Below, piece after piece: positions 52,229-62,175 of a stretch of DNA of 64,000 nucleotides. Under the pieces are notes generated by a model. The model was not told where the DNA came from, did not search any database, and was given only the letters and a program-made list of their open reading frames with translations. The stretch's first letter is position 1. Each line of letters starts with the position of its first letter. Location: positions 61,155 through 125,154 of the forward strand of contig PCXL01000011.1 in assembly GCA_002787695.1 (NCBI GenBank). The letters are read 5' to 3'. This DNA comes from Candidatus Zambryskibacteria bacterium CG10_big_fil_rev_8_21_14_0_10_42_12. Its GTDB lineage: Bacteria > Patescibacteriota > Minisyncoccia > Phycocordibacterales > 1-14-0-10-42-12. The position numbers and the translations under genes are program-made.

Positions 52229-53749
52229 CTATTTTTTATAGTGATTATTATTTTCTTGAATTGCTGATCGTATTTTTCTTCGGGCACTTGCAGTTTTTGC
52301 GTATTCGAGCCACTTAGAAGACGGTTTTGCATTTTTTTTAGTAACAATTTCTACGATATCTCCATTGTGCAATGTGGTGCCAAGGGAAATCATTTTTCCA
52401 TTTATGCGAGCACCAGAAATATGACCACCAATTTCAGAATGAATTGCATATGCAAAATCAATTGGGGTAGAATCGATCGGCAGATCGATTACATCACCTT
52501 CCGGAGTAAAGACAAAAATGCGATGACTGAAAAAATCAGATTTGATTTGGTCTCCCCATTCGTCTTCTCCGTCGGATTCATGTTTTTGATAGTCGACTAA
52601 ATCTCTTATCCAATTCGGCACATCTTCGACGCCATCTTCTTTGGTGGCACCATGTTGTATTGGTTGTGGAGTAATTAGTCGTTTGATCCAGTCGAGTCCT
52701 GGAAGTGGTAACGTGCGGCCGGCTATTTTGGCTTTGTATCGGAGGTGGGACGCAATACCGTACTCTGATTCGCGATGCATTTCTTCTGTTTTTATTTGAA
52801 TTTCTACGATATTTCGATCTCCTGTAAACACAGTGGTGTGAATCGCTCGGTAGCCATTTGGTTTTGGAAAAGCGATAAAGTCTTTGATACGACCTGGGAG
52901 CGGTCTCCACGTCGAGTGGATTGCTCCAAGTGCACGGTAACAATCGCCAACAGTTGGGACAACAACGCGGAGTGCTAAAATATCGTAAATATTCTCGATC
53001 TCTTTTTTACGTCGTAACTTTCGATATAACGAGAATAGACCTTTGATGCGATAATCAGTTTTTATTTGTGTAATACCGGATGTCCCTAAAGTTTTTTTCA
53101 AATTTCTTAAAAATTTCTCGAGACTTTCTTCCATTTCTTTACGCTTTCGCTTGAGTAGACTTTCTGTTTCTCTGTGAGCTTCTGGGTCAATAAAAGGAAA
53201 GCAGAGGTCTTCCAGTTCACGATGCAGTTTCCTAATACCAAGTCTATAAGCAATCGGTACGTATACTTCCATAGTTTCGCGCGCGATGCGTTCCTGTTTT
53301 TCTTTTGGAACATACGAGAGTGTGCGCATGTTATGGAGTCGGTCGGCGAGCTTTACGATAAGTACTCGAATGTCTTTTGACATTGCAACAAAAAGTTTAC
53401 GCAGACTTTCGTTGTGTCTGTCTGATCCACGATATCGTACGTGACCCAGTTTAGTAACACCATCGACAATGAACAAAATGTCTTTGCCGAATTCTTTTTC
53501 GATGGTTTCTGGTGTGACTCCTGCGTCTTCGATAGAATCGTGAAGTAGTCCTGCGGCAACTGTGGTGGCACTCATGCCAAGTTCAGCAAGTGTTTTGGCA
53601 GTTTCGTAGAGATGTACAAAATATGGTTCACCGGAGTTTCTTTTATGCTCTTTGTGAGCGCCTTCTGCGAAATAGTATGCTTTTTCAACAAGTGCAACGT
53701 CTTGAGGTGTGGCGTTTAAAAGTTTGTCTGTAATATCTTTTGGCAACAT
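52229..53749 (-). CDS. relA: Bifunctional (p)ppGpp synthetase/hydrolase (short RSH: HD, synthetase and TGS domains)
   Basis: HD motif LLHDSIED, synthetase RVVVPTVGDCY...AIHTTV, TGS FVFTPEGDVIDLP. Confidence 0.9.
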   Translation of the reverse strand: MLPKDITDKLLNATPQDVALVEKAYYFAEGAHKEHKRNSGEPYFVHLYETAKTLAELGMSATTVAAGLLHDSIEDAGVTPETIEKEFGKDILFIVDGVTKLGHVRYRGSDRHNESLRKLFVAMSKDIRVLIVKLADRLHNMRTLSYVPKEKQERIARETMEVYVPIAYRLGIRKLHRELEDLCFPFIDPEAHRETESLLKRKRKEMEESLEKFLRNLKKTLGTSGITQIKTDYRIKGLFSLYRKLRRKKEIENIYDILALRVVVPTVGDCYRALGAIHSTWRPLPGRIKDFIAFPKPNGYRAIHTTVFTGDRNIVEIQIKTEEMHRESEYGIASHLRYKAKIAGRTLPLPGLDWIKRLITPQPIQHGATKEDGVEDVPNWIRDLVDYQKHESDGEDEWGDQIKSDFFSHRIFVFTPEGDVIDLPIDSTPIDFAYAIHSEIGGHISGARINGKMISLGTTLHNGDIVEIVTKKNAKPSSKWLEYAKTASARRKIRSAIQENNNHYKK

Positions 53750-53814
53750 ATCCTCATTGTACTCGGCTTTATATTTTTAACAAAGACTGTCGTTAGCGAC
53801 AGTCTTTGTTGCGG

Positions 53815-56010
53815 TTATTTTTTCTTGGTACGTCCTCGTCTTGTTTTCTTTGGTTCCTTTAATATTTCAAGGGCACGAGGAAGTTCTATCTTATAGACGT
53901 CATCTTCCTTAAGAGATCGGAAGTCGCCGTCATGGACAATATATGGTCCAAAGCGTCCGTTGTTCGCAACAATTTCCTTTCCCGTATCTGGATGATTGCC
54001 AAGTATACGAGGGAGGGAGAGGTAGGTGAGCGCATCGTCGAGAGTGACTTCGTCCATTTTTTTATCTTTGGGAAGGCTGGCGCGTTTTGGTTTTGTTTTC
54101 TTTCCTTTTTCAAGTTCACCCAGTTGCACATATGGTCCAAACCGTCCATCAAGTACAAAGACAGGGAGCTCTGATTCTGGATCAGTGCCAAGCGGTTCTG
54201 CATCCTTAATCTCTTCTCCGGTAATGGTCCGTGCACCTTCACAATCTGGGAAACGTTCACAGCTCATAAATTTACCACCACGGCCGAGCTTAATAATCAT
54301 AGGACTACTACATTTTGGACATTTCCATTTACTGTCTGCTTTACCAAGGTCAGTAATCTTTGGACTATTTTCTTTAGCTTCTACATCTTTGGTGAATGGT
54401 TTGTAAAAGTCGGTAAGTGTTTTGGTGTAATCTCTTTTACCTTCGGCAATTTCGTCCAATTCATTTTCCATTTCAGCCGTAAAAGAGTCGCTGATATATT
54501 TCATAAAATTGTTTTCGAGGAAGGTAGATACCACATCTCCTGTATCTGTTGGAATAAGTGTTCGTCCGTTTTTTTCTACATATCCTCGATCGACAATAGT
54601 TTTAATGATTGATGCATATGTTGAAGGGCGACCGATATCTCTTTTTTCAAGTTCTTTCACGAGACCTGCTTCGGTATACCGATGAGGTGGCTCTGTTTGT
54701 TTTTCTTCGGAATCAAGAGAAAGTAGGGCGAGTGGTTCGCCAGAGGTTACCTTAGGAAGTTCAACATCTTCACCACGTGCTTGTGGGTCGGCGAGCAGCC
54801 AACCAGGAGAAATGACACGAGATCCGGTAATGGCAAAATGAGGAATAGAAGTATCTGTGATGTTTGCTTCTATGCGAGTGCGCATGATCTTTGCGTCCTG
54901 CATCTGTGAAGAAACCGTGCGTTGCCAAATAAGTCTGTAAAGACGCTTTTGTTCGTCAGTGTTACCGGCACCCGTCTTGAGACAATTTGTCGGCCGAATT
55001 GCTTCGTGGGCTTCTTGAGCATTCTTACTTTTAGTTTTATATGCACGGTTTTGATAGAGTTCGCTTCCAAATTCTTCCTCAACGTATTTTTTTATTTGAC
55101 TATACGCAAGACCAGACAGGTTTGTGCTGTCTGTACGCATATAGGTGATATGACCTGCTTCGTAGAGTTTTTGTGCAATACCCATGGTACGAGATGGAGA
55201 AAAGCCGAGGCGAGAACTCGCTGCTTGCTGGAGCGTTGATGTGGTAAACGGTGGACGAGGACTACGTTTCGCTTCGGTTTCTTTTACGTCTGTGATTGAC
55301 CAATCATGCGTCTTACCTTTCTCTAGGATCTCCTCTGCTTGTTTTTTGTCTCTAGGCTCTTCAGAACAGGTGAGCTTTATGTCATCTCCTGATTTAGTTT
55401 TAAATAACCCCTCGATAACATAAAACGTTTCTGGAATGAATGCGCGGATTTCTCGTTCGCGCTCCATCAAAATACGAAGTGCAGGAGATTGCACACGTCC
55501 TGCTGAAAGTCCGTAGCGAACTTTCTTCCAGATAAGACCAGAAAGGTCGTAGCCGACGAGTCGGTCGAGAACGCGGCGTGCTTCTTGGGCACGGCGGAGA
55601 TTTTCATCTATATCACGTGGATGTTTGATAGCTTCTGCTACCGCGTCTTTGGTGATTTCGTGAAAAACTACGCGCTTTGGATGCGAGAGTTTTGCCGCCT
55701 CTGCAATATGCCAAGCGATCGCTTCGCCTTCTCGGTCGGGGTCGGTTGCGAGGTAGACTTCGCTTGCATTTTTTGCGAGTGCTTTGATATCAGAAACTAC
55801 CTTCTCTTTGCCTTTAGAAATTTCGTAGTGGGGGAGAAATCCTTTTTCAATATCAACTGCTTTTTTGTTGCTTTTAGGAAGATCACGAATGTGGCCGACA
55901 GACGCGGTTACAAGAAAATCTCCACCGAGATATTTACCGATTGTTTTTGCTTTAGCAGGGGACTCAACTATTAAAAGTTTCTTGCCCGTTGCGTTTTTTG
56001 TAGAAGTCAT
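53815..56010 (-). CDS. topA: DNA topoisomerase I with C-terminal zinc-ribbon repeats
   Basis: TOPRIM LLIVESPAKAKTIGKYLG, active-site Tyr region, CPKCSSPMIIKLGRGGKFMSCERFPDC. Confidence 0.95.
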   Translation of the reverse strand: MTSTKNATGKKLLIVESPAKAKTIGKYLGGDFLVTASVGHIRDLPKSNKKAVDIEKGFLPHYEISKGKEKVVSDIKALAKNASEVYLATDPDREGEAIAWHIAEAAKLSHPKRVVFHEITKDAVAEAIKHPRDIDENLRRAQEARRVLDRLVGYDLSGLIWKKVRYGLSAGRVQSPALRILMEREREIRAFIPETFYVIEGLFKTKSGDDIKLTCSEEPRDKKQAEEILEKGKTHDWSITDVKETEAKRSPRPPFTTSTLQQAASSRLGFSPSRTMGIAQKLYEAGHITYMRTDSTNLSGLAYSQIKKYVEEEFGSELYQNRAYKTKSKNAQEAHEAIRPTNCLKTGAGNTDEQKRLYRLIWQRTVSSQMQDAKIMRTRIEANITDTSIPHFAITGSRVISPGWLLADPQARGEDVELPKVTSGEPLALLSLDSEEKQTEPPHRYTEAGLVKELEKRDIGRPSTYASIIKTIVDRGYVEKNGRTLIPTDTGDVVSTFLENNFMKYISDSFTAEMENELDEIAEGKRDYTKTLTDFYKPFTKDVEAKENSPKITDLGKADSKWKCPKCSSPMIIKLGRGGKFMSCERFPDCEGARTITGEEIKDAEPLGTDPESELPVFVLDGRFGPYVQLGELEKGKKTKPKRASLPKDKKMDEVTLDDALTYLSLPRILGNHPDTGKEIVANNGRFGPYIVHDGDFRSLKEDDVYKIELPRALEILKEPKKTRRGRTKKK

Positions 56011-56065
56011 TGGACTACATTAATACTCTAAATGAAAATGAATTGCAATTCACAAGTGAAATTTA

Positions 56066-56117
56066 GAAAAAAGAAAACGCCCCGGCACGGTCGCGAATGG
56101 AACACATTCGCGACCGT
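56066..56117 (-). terminator. Rho-independent terminator after dprA (14-bp perfect stem)
   Basis: CACGGTCGCGAATG-GAACA-CATTCGCGACCGTG, followed on the minus strand by a T-rich run. Confidence 0.65.
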
Positions 56118-56300
56118 GCGCCGGTGCGGGCAACTCAACTCCATTTTCTGTTGGTGAGCCAGCGTCCCGTAGGGACGGCGACAAGCACCAGCAGACAAAA
56201 AAAGCCGATGCAGTATAGCAATGGCGGCATCTCTCCTCCAAAAGGTCCATGGATGGTACCTGATTAAAATAATAATATATTTATATAAAAAAGTCAAGTA

Positions 56301-57170
56301 TCAAAATTTGAGGGAAATTTCACTAGATATTTCTTTGATGAATCCTTTTATTTCTAGACTCATAAGGGCGATTTGTGCTCGGGATATTTCGAGACCTGAA
56401 TTTTGAATGAGTAAATCTTTTTCAAGCGATCTTTGTCCTAATGTTTTTACGATTTTTTGCTCGTCTTCGCTTAAGGCACTCATATCAATTTCTTTTTGTG
56501 ATTGTGCTTCTGCTTCAATGCTAAGTGCTTCTAATATGTCTTCTGGTTTTGTCACTGGCGTTGCACCAAGACGGATAAGCATATGTGGTCCGGCACTTTG
56601 TGATGAGAAAATTGATCCAGGCACGGTGAGTACTTCGCGATTGTATTCCGTGGCGAGACGTGAGGTTATAAGTGTTCCTGATTTTTCTTCTGCTTCTACT
56701 ACAAGCACAGCGTGGCTCATTCCTGCCATAATTCTGTTTCTTTGTGGAAATGACCATTTGGTTGCATCAAAGTCTGGTTCAAATTCAGATAATAATCCAC
56801 CACCACTTTCGGTAATTTCTTCTGCGAGGTGTACGTGTGATTTCGGGTAGAGTACCTTTGGTGATAAACCAGAACCGGGAACTGCGATAGTTTGTAAACC
56901 ATGTTTAAGTGCAGATTTGTGTGCAATAGAATCAATGCCGAGTGCGAGGCCGGAGACAATAGTAATGGGGTATCCTTTAAGGCCTTCCAGTAAAGATTCA
57001 CAGACTTCTTTTCCATACGGACTATACTTTCGTGAGCCGACAACGGTGAGAATTTTATTGTTTTTATGAGGAAGAGATCCAGCTAGAAAAAGCTTCTTGG
57101 GTTTGTCTGGTATCTCATGAAGAAGTTCTGGCCAGTCTGTTTGTGGTAGTTCTCTGATCTCGTATGCCAT
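56301..57170 (-). CDS. dprA: DNA processing protein DprA (Smf)
   Basis: TVVGSRKYSPYGKEV...VSGLALGIDSIAHKSAL Rossmann-like DprA core. Confidence 0.9.
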   Translation of the reverse strand: MAYEIRELPQTDWPELLHEIPDKPKKLFLAGSLPHKNNKILTVVGSRKYSPYGKEVCESLLEGLKGYPITIVSGLALGIDSIAHKSALKHGLQTIAVPGSGLSPKVLYPKSHVHLAEEITESGGGLLSEFEPDFDATKWSFPQRNRIMAGMSHAVLVVEAEEKSGTLITSRLATEYNREVLTVPGSIFSSQSAGPHMLIRLGATPVTKPEDILEALSIEAEAQSQKEIDMSALSEDEQKIVKTLGQRSLEKDLLIQNSGLEISRAQIALMSLEIKGFIKEISSEISLKF

Positions 57171-57185
57171 ACATATATTGTATCA

Positions 57186-57214
57186 ATAACAGTTTACACA
57201 TATAATGGCTTTAC
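57186..57214 (+). promoter_or_regulatory. Candidate sigma70-type promoter for serS (TTGTAT-17 nt-TATAAT)
   Basis: TTGTATCAATAACAGTTTACACATATAAT, 14 nt upstream of the serS ATG. Confidence 0.4.
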
Positions 57215-57227
57215 ATAACGCAGAAAT

Positions 57228-58499
57228 ATGCTCGATATAAAATTCATTAGAGAGAATAAGGACATTATTAAAGAAGCGGCTCGCAAGAAGCATGTGAAGT
57301 TTGAAGTGGACGAGCTGTTGAAGGTGGACGAGGAACGCCGAGAGGTGTTGCAGGTAGTTGAAGAGCTTCGTTTTAAGCAAAACGATGTGTCTCGCAGAAT
57401 CAATAATGTGTCTGAACCAGAGCGTCCTTTTGTTATCAAAGAGATGCAAGGTGTAAAGGAAGAACTTAAGGAAAAAGAAGAAAAACTAAAGGGAATCATG
57501 AAAGACTGGCAGACACTCATGCTTCAGGTGCCGAATATTCCGGATATGTCTGTGCCCGAAGGAAAAACTGATGAAGAAAATAAAGAAGTGAAAGACTGGG
57601 GGGAGAAAAAAGAATTTTCATTCAAACCAAAAAACCATATCGAACTCTGTGAACTGCATGACTTGGCAGATTTCGAGCGTGGCACTAAGATCGCAGGATT
57701 TCGTGGATATGTTTTAAAAAATGAAGGTGCAGCGTTGTCGTTTGCACTGTGGCAACTGGCATTTAAACACTTTACCCAAAAAGGATTTGAACCAATGGTT
57801 GTACCGTCTCTTGTACGTAAAGAGCTTCTGTATGGAAGTGGATATTTGCCACAAGGCGAAGACGATCTCTATAAAACGCAGGACGAAGATTACTTGGCTG
57901 GAACCGGTGAAGTTTCTACGATGGGTTACTACATGAATGAGGTGCTACCAAAAGACATGTTGTCAAAAAAAATGTTGGCATTTTCACCGTGTTTTAGGCG
58001 TGAAGCTGGAAGCCATAGTAAAGACACAAAAGGATTGATGCGTGTGCATGAATTTTTCAAACTAGAACAAGTAGTGCTTTGTGAAGCGAGTCATGAAGTG
58101 TCGGTTAAACTGCATGAAGAAATCAATCGAAACACTGAAGAGCTTATTGAAATACTCGGTATTCCGTATCGTACGGTTGTAAATTGTGGCGGTGACCTAG
58201 GGCTTGGTCAGGTTAAAAAATACGACATCGAGTTATGGGTACCTTCGCAGGATACCTATAGGGAAATTAGTTCAGCATCATACTTTCATGATTTTCAGAC
58301 ACGGAGACTTAATATCAAATATAAAGATGATGATGGCACTATGCGATTTGCGCACTCTCTTAACTGCACAGGATTACCTAGTCCGCGTATACTGATTGCG
58401 CTTTTAGAAAACAATCAAAACGAAGATGGTTCGATTACTATTCCAGAAGTACTGCGTCCATATCTTGGTGGTCAAGAGATCATAAATAAAAAACAATAA
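57228..58499 (+). CDS. serS: Seryl-tRNA synthetase
   Basis: N-terminal coiled-coil arm and class II motifs (FRREAGS, GLGQVKKYDIE). Confidence 0.95.
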   Translation: MLDIKFIRENKDIIKEAARKKHVKFEVDELLKVDEERREVLQVVEELRFKQNDVSRRINNVSEPERPFVIKEMQGVKEELKEKEEKLKGIMKDWQTLMLQVPNIPDMSVPEGKTDEENKEVKDWGEKKEFSFKPKNHIELCELHDLADFERGTKIAGFRGYVLKNEGAALSFALWQLAFKHFTQKGFEPMVVPSLVRKELLYGSGYLPQGEDDLYKTQDEDYLAGTGEVSTMGYYMNEVLPKDMLSKKMLAFSPCFRREAGSHSKDTKGLMRVHEFFKLEQVVLCEASHEVSVKLHEEINRNTEELIEILGIPYRTVVNCGGDLGLGQVKKYDIELWVPSQDTYREISSASYFHDFQTRRLNIKYKDDDGTMRFAHSLNCTGLPSPRILIALLENNQNEDGSITIPEVLRPYLGGQEIINKKQ

Positions 58500-58503
58500 G
58501 TAT

Positions 58504-59343
58504 ATGATGTTGGGAAGAGACGCCCTGCACTCTCGCTCTTATGCGAGAAAATATAAAAAAAGGTCAAAGATTTTTCTGTGGCTTGCCGGTATCCTATTTC
58601 TGCTCGGTATTCTTTTTTCATGGTGGGTCACCGATAAGTCACCACTGGTTATAAAACATGTAGAAGTTGTTGGTGCTCGCGCACTGTCGGTTAGCAGTAT
58701 ACAAGATGTGGCTCAAAACGAATTACAACATAGGTATCTCATGTGGCACGTTGGAAATGCAATCTTGGCGCCGAGAAAACGTATTGAAGAGCAGCTCAAA
58801 GAGAAATTCTCACTTATTAAAACAGTCGATGTGGAAGTGAAAGGTATTTCGAATTTAGAAATATCTATTGAAGAATACGAGTCTACATATCTCATATGCT
58901 CTCAAACAGACCCTTCTCGATGTTATTTGGCTGATGGAACAGGATATGTGTTTGCGCCAGCTATTCTTTCGGAGGAAACGCGTGCGTATATACGATTTAA
59001 TGTAACATTTGGTGATGAGGTGGTAGGTAGTCGTGTTATCTCTCGAAATAATTTTGAAAAAATAATTTTGTTTAAAGAAGCGCTTGCTGACAGTGGATTG
59101 TCTGTACAAGAGATTACGGTCGTTAGTGATCAAGAAGTAAAACTTCGAATCATAGAAGGAGCCAATATTGTGATAGATATGCAAAGTAATATAGATGAAA
59201 TGCTCGGAAACTTCCTATTATTGCTTGCAGAAGAAACGGAAAAAAATTCGAGTCGGGAGGTGTTTTTAGAGAATACAGAGTACATTGATGTACGTCATGG
59301 AAATAAAGTTTTCTACAAGGCACGTGGAGAGAATGCTTTATAA
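58504..59343 (+). CDS. FtsQ/DivIB-like cell-division protein (cytoplasmic N-terminus, one TM, POTRA-like domain)
   Basis: TM ILFLLGILFSWWV, then VIKHVEVVGARALSVSSIQDV, which is POTRA-like. Confidence 0.5.
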   Translation: MMLGRDALHSRSYARKYKKRSKIFLWLAGILFLLGILFSWWVTDKSPLVIKHVEVVGARALSVSSIQDVAQNELQHRYLMWHVGNAILAPRKRIEEQLKEKFSLIKTVDVEVKGISNLEISIEEYESTYLICSQTDPSRCYLADGTGYVFAPAILSEETRAYIRFNVTFGDEVVGSRVISRNNFEKIILFKEALADSGLSVQEITVVSDQEVKLRIIEGANIVIDMQSNIDEMLGNFLLLLAEETEKNSSREVFLENTEYIDVRHGNKVFYKARGENAL

Positions 59344-59351
59344 TATACATC

Positions 59352-59741
59352 ATGACACAGGCGCTGCTTTTAGCAGATTACATGAGGTGGCACTATACGC
59401 GCGCATTCTCTTCAATGTGGCGTGTCACCAATAATTTTGTTTATTTTTTTTATAATCTTTTTTCAATTTCATTATTGCTCCATACGTTTTTTGCGCCATG
59501 GAAAATGATGACAGAACAAAAAACAAAAGGATTTACATCACTGAGTTCATTATTTGAAAGAATTTTTGGAAATTTTTTGGTGCGTGTGATAGGTGCGATC
59601 ATTCGCTTTGTGACGATAACTATCGGTCTTATCTTTTGTGTGGGTACGTTTTTATGTGGGTTGGTATTTACGATCTTTTGGGTTGTCGCACCATTAGTGA
59701 TGGTCTTTTCTCTAATTGTTGGTATTCGTTTGATTATATAA
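59352..59741 (+). CDS. Hypothetical 4-TM membrane protein
   Basis: 129 aa, hydrophobic, no motifs. Confidence 0.35.
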   Translation: MTQALLLADYMRWHYTRAFSSMWRVTNNFVYFFYNLFSISLLLHTFFAPWKMMTEQKTKGFTSLSSLFERIFGNFLVRVIGAIIRFVTITIGLIFCVGTFLCGLVFTIFWVVAPLVMVFSLIVGIRLII

Positions 59742-59743
59742 AT

Positions 59744-62146
59744 ATGACGTGGAACGACTTAGCACAAAAAGTACATAAATGGCGAGGAGTTTTGTGGCTT
59801 AATCACATATTTCCTCATGCCATACGAAAAATCCTATTTTTTATAAGTGCAGTGGCATTGCTCATTTCCGTAACACTCTCATTGCCGGTAGTGAATATGG
59901 GAAATGAATTTATTTACGGTGTGTTTTTTGTAGGTGCGAGTATCTGGCTTTTCGTGTTTATGCTCGAGGCCTATTATAAATCATATTATTTTGCTGGAAT
60001 TATTGATCGAAAAGGTAAGGCGGATCTTTATACTTATGAAATTGCAGACATTCTCATGGTGGGGGCAGGTACGGATGTTGCGCGCGGTATATTCTTTTCT
60101 GAACTTGGAAAAGAAAGAATAATTCGACTCGGAATCAAGACGCAAGATGTAGACATGTTTTTCAAAAGTCGCCATCGACCGATTGGTTCGCATATTCTTG
60201 AATATACAGGAGACAATGTAACAGCGAGAGAGCTCGCAAAAGCTGTTATTGAATATGATGCTGAACTCAAGGAATTTCTTGCGGGATATGGTATTACACC
60301 GCAAACATTTGTCGGTGCAGTAGATTGGGTTTCAAAAACTCATATGATCACCTTGCAAGAAGAAGCATGGTGGACGAGACAAAAGCTCTCGAGAATACCA
60401 GGTATTGGCAAGAGTTGGTCCCTTGGATATGTATCTGAACTTTCTCGTTTAGGCAATCCACTTTCAGAGAGTCCAGAATATAAAGTAGTAACGATAACAT
60501 CGACTTCAGAAAAGACAGTTGATGAAATTGAGTCAATTCTCTCGAGAACAAACAACGCAAACGTACTCGTGGTAGGAGAGAATCAACACAACATGATGGG
60601 TCTGGTAGCGTCTCTCGGTAGGCGTATCGAACAAGGTAGCGCATATCCGGAGATTGAACACAAACGCATGTATGTGCTGTATCATGATCGTATTTTTGCA
60701 GAAGCAAAAGATACACAAACTCTTGAATCGTTGCTTCATAAAATGTTTAAAGAAGCTGTCAGATCAGAAGAAGTGATAATCGTGATTCGGGATCTCAATG
60801 GATTTATAGAAACTGCTCGAAGCTATTCAGTCGATCTTATTGAGTTTATGAGACCGTATATTTCTTCACCCTTGGTGCAGATTATTGGTTTGGTTGAGAA
60901 GTCTGTGTTCGAGTCATCTATGAGAACGAATCACAATATACTTGGTCTATTTGATCATGTCTCGTATGACGAAAAAGAAACAAACGATTCGTTACTCCAG
61001 ATAGTTGAGCAGGAGGTACTCACGATAGAACATGACGTTGATGTTCGTTTTACCTATGCTGCAGTACATGTGGCATCGGAACAAATCGGCAGATTGTTTG
61101 CAACAGGCGAGCAATTGACACGTGTTCATACGATTCTATCTGAATTAGCACTCAAGGCGAAAAATGAAAAACACGGTTTTGTTACAAAGAATGATGTTGA
61201 GGATTTGCTTCACGTAAAAACTGGAGTACCAGGTAGTCATGTCTCAAAAGAAGAAAAGGCGATACTATTGGAACTTGAATCGTTACTCCATAATCGTGTC
61301 GTGGGACAAGATGATGCGATTCGTGCGATTGGTGATGCTCTGCGGAAAAAACGATCTGGTATTGGGAACCCTAACAAACCAATCGGTTCATTCCTGTTTT
61401 TGGGCTCAACGGGTGTGGGAAAGACGGAAACAGCGCGGACACTTGCAGATGTATTTTTTGGTAGTGAAAGCGATATGGTTCGGTTTGACATGACTGAATT
61501 CAGTGGTGCAGACGCACTCGTACGGTTGTTGGGTGATTTTAAAACTGGTAAGCCAGGATTACTTGTGTCAAAACTTCGTGAAAAACCATACAGCATTATT
61601 TTGTTAGACGAGTTTGAAAAAGCACATAAAGATGTGCACGATTTGTTTCTTCAGATCCTTGATGAGGGAGTATTTTCAGATATGAAAGGGGAACAGGTGA
61701 ATGCGCGCAACACGATCATTGTTGCCACATCAAATGCAGGAAGCGATCTTATTTGGAATTTGATGGCGAAACAGACACCGCCCGCACATATGCGTGAGAC
61801 AGTGATAGATCATATTATTGATGAGGCAATATTTCGCCCAGAATTACTCAATCGATTTGACGGGGTCATTGTCTTTCACCCTCTTGAGAAATCTCATTTG
61901 AGCCAAGTTGCAGAGAGAATGCTTGCAAAACTTTCAGAACGTTTGCGAGATCAAGGGTATCATTTTTCATACAGCAAGGACCTCGTAGATCGATTGGTGC
62001 AAATAGGTAGTGATCCAAAATTTGGTGCACGCCCTATTGCACGTGCTATATCTGAACGGGTAGAAGGTGCTATTGCACGACATATTCTCCAAGGGAAAAT
62101 AAAGACGGGGGACACCATACATATTTCTGCTAAGGATCTTTTGTAG
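59744..62146 (+). CDS. Membrane-anchored Clp/Hsp100-like AAA+ protein with degenerate first ATPase domain (Walker A lost) and intact second domain
   Basis: N-terminal two TM helices. The D1-homologous region VDEIESILSRTNNANVLVVGENQHNMMGLVASLGRR aligns to Clp[38 protein letters not shown] but lacks GxxGxGKT. D2 is intact: FLFLGSTGVGKTETARTLA, a sensor, and a C-terminal small domain. Confidence 0.7.
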   Translation: MTWNDLAQKVHKWRGVLWLNHIFPHAIRKILFFISAVALLISVTLSLPVVNMGNEFIYGVFFVGASIWLFVFMLEAYYKSYYFAGIIDRKGKADLYTYEIADILMVGAGTDVARGIFFSELGKERIIRLGIKTQDVDMFFKSRHRPIGSHILEYTGDNVTARELAKAVIEYDAELKEFLAGYGITPQTFVGAVDWVSKTHMITLQEEAWWTRQKLSRIPGIGKSWSLGYVSELSRLGNPLSESPEYKVVTITSTSEKTVDEIESILSRTNNANVLVVGENQHNMMGLVASLGRRIEQGSAYPEIEHKRMYVLYHDRIFAEAKDTQTLESLLHKMFKEAVRSEEVIIVIRDLNGFIETARSYSVDLIEFMRPYISSPLVQIIGLVEKSVFESSMRTNHNILGLFDHVSYDEKETNDSLLQIVEQEVLTIEHDVDVRFTYAAVHVASEQIGRLFATGEQLTRVHTILSELALKAKNEKHGFVTKNDVEDLLHVKTGVPGSHVSKEEKAILLELESLLHNRVVGQDDAIRAIGDALRKKRSGIGNPNKPIGSFLFLGSTGVGKTETARTLADVFFGSESDMVRFDMTEFSGADALVRLLGDFKTGKPGLLVSKLREKPYSIILLDEFEKAHKDVHDLFLQILDEGVFSDMKGEQVNARNTIIVATSNAGSDLIWNLMAKQTPPAHMRETVIDHIIDEAIFRPELLNRFDGVIVFHPLEKSHLSQVAERMLAKLSERLRDQGYHFSYSKDLVDRLVQIGSDPKFGARPIARAISERVEGAIARHILQGKIKTGDTIHISAKDLL

Positions 62147-62175
62147 GCTTTGCTAAATTTAAGTTTTAGTTTACC

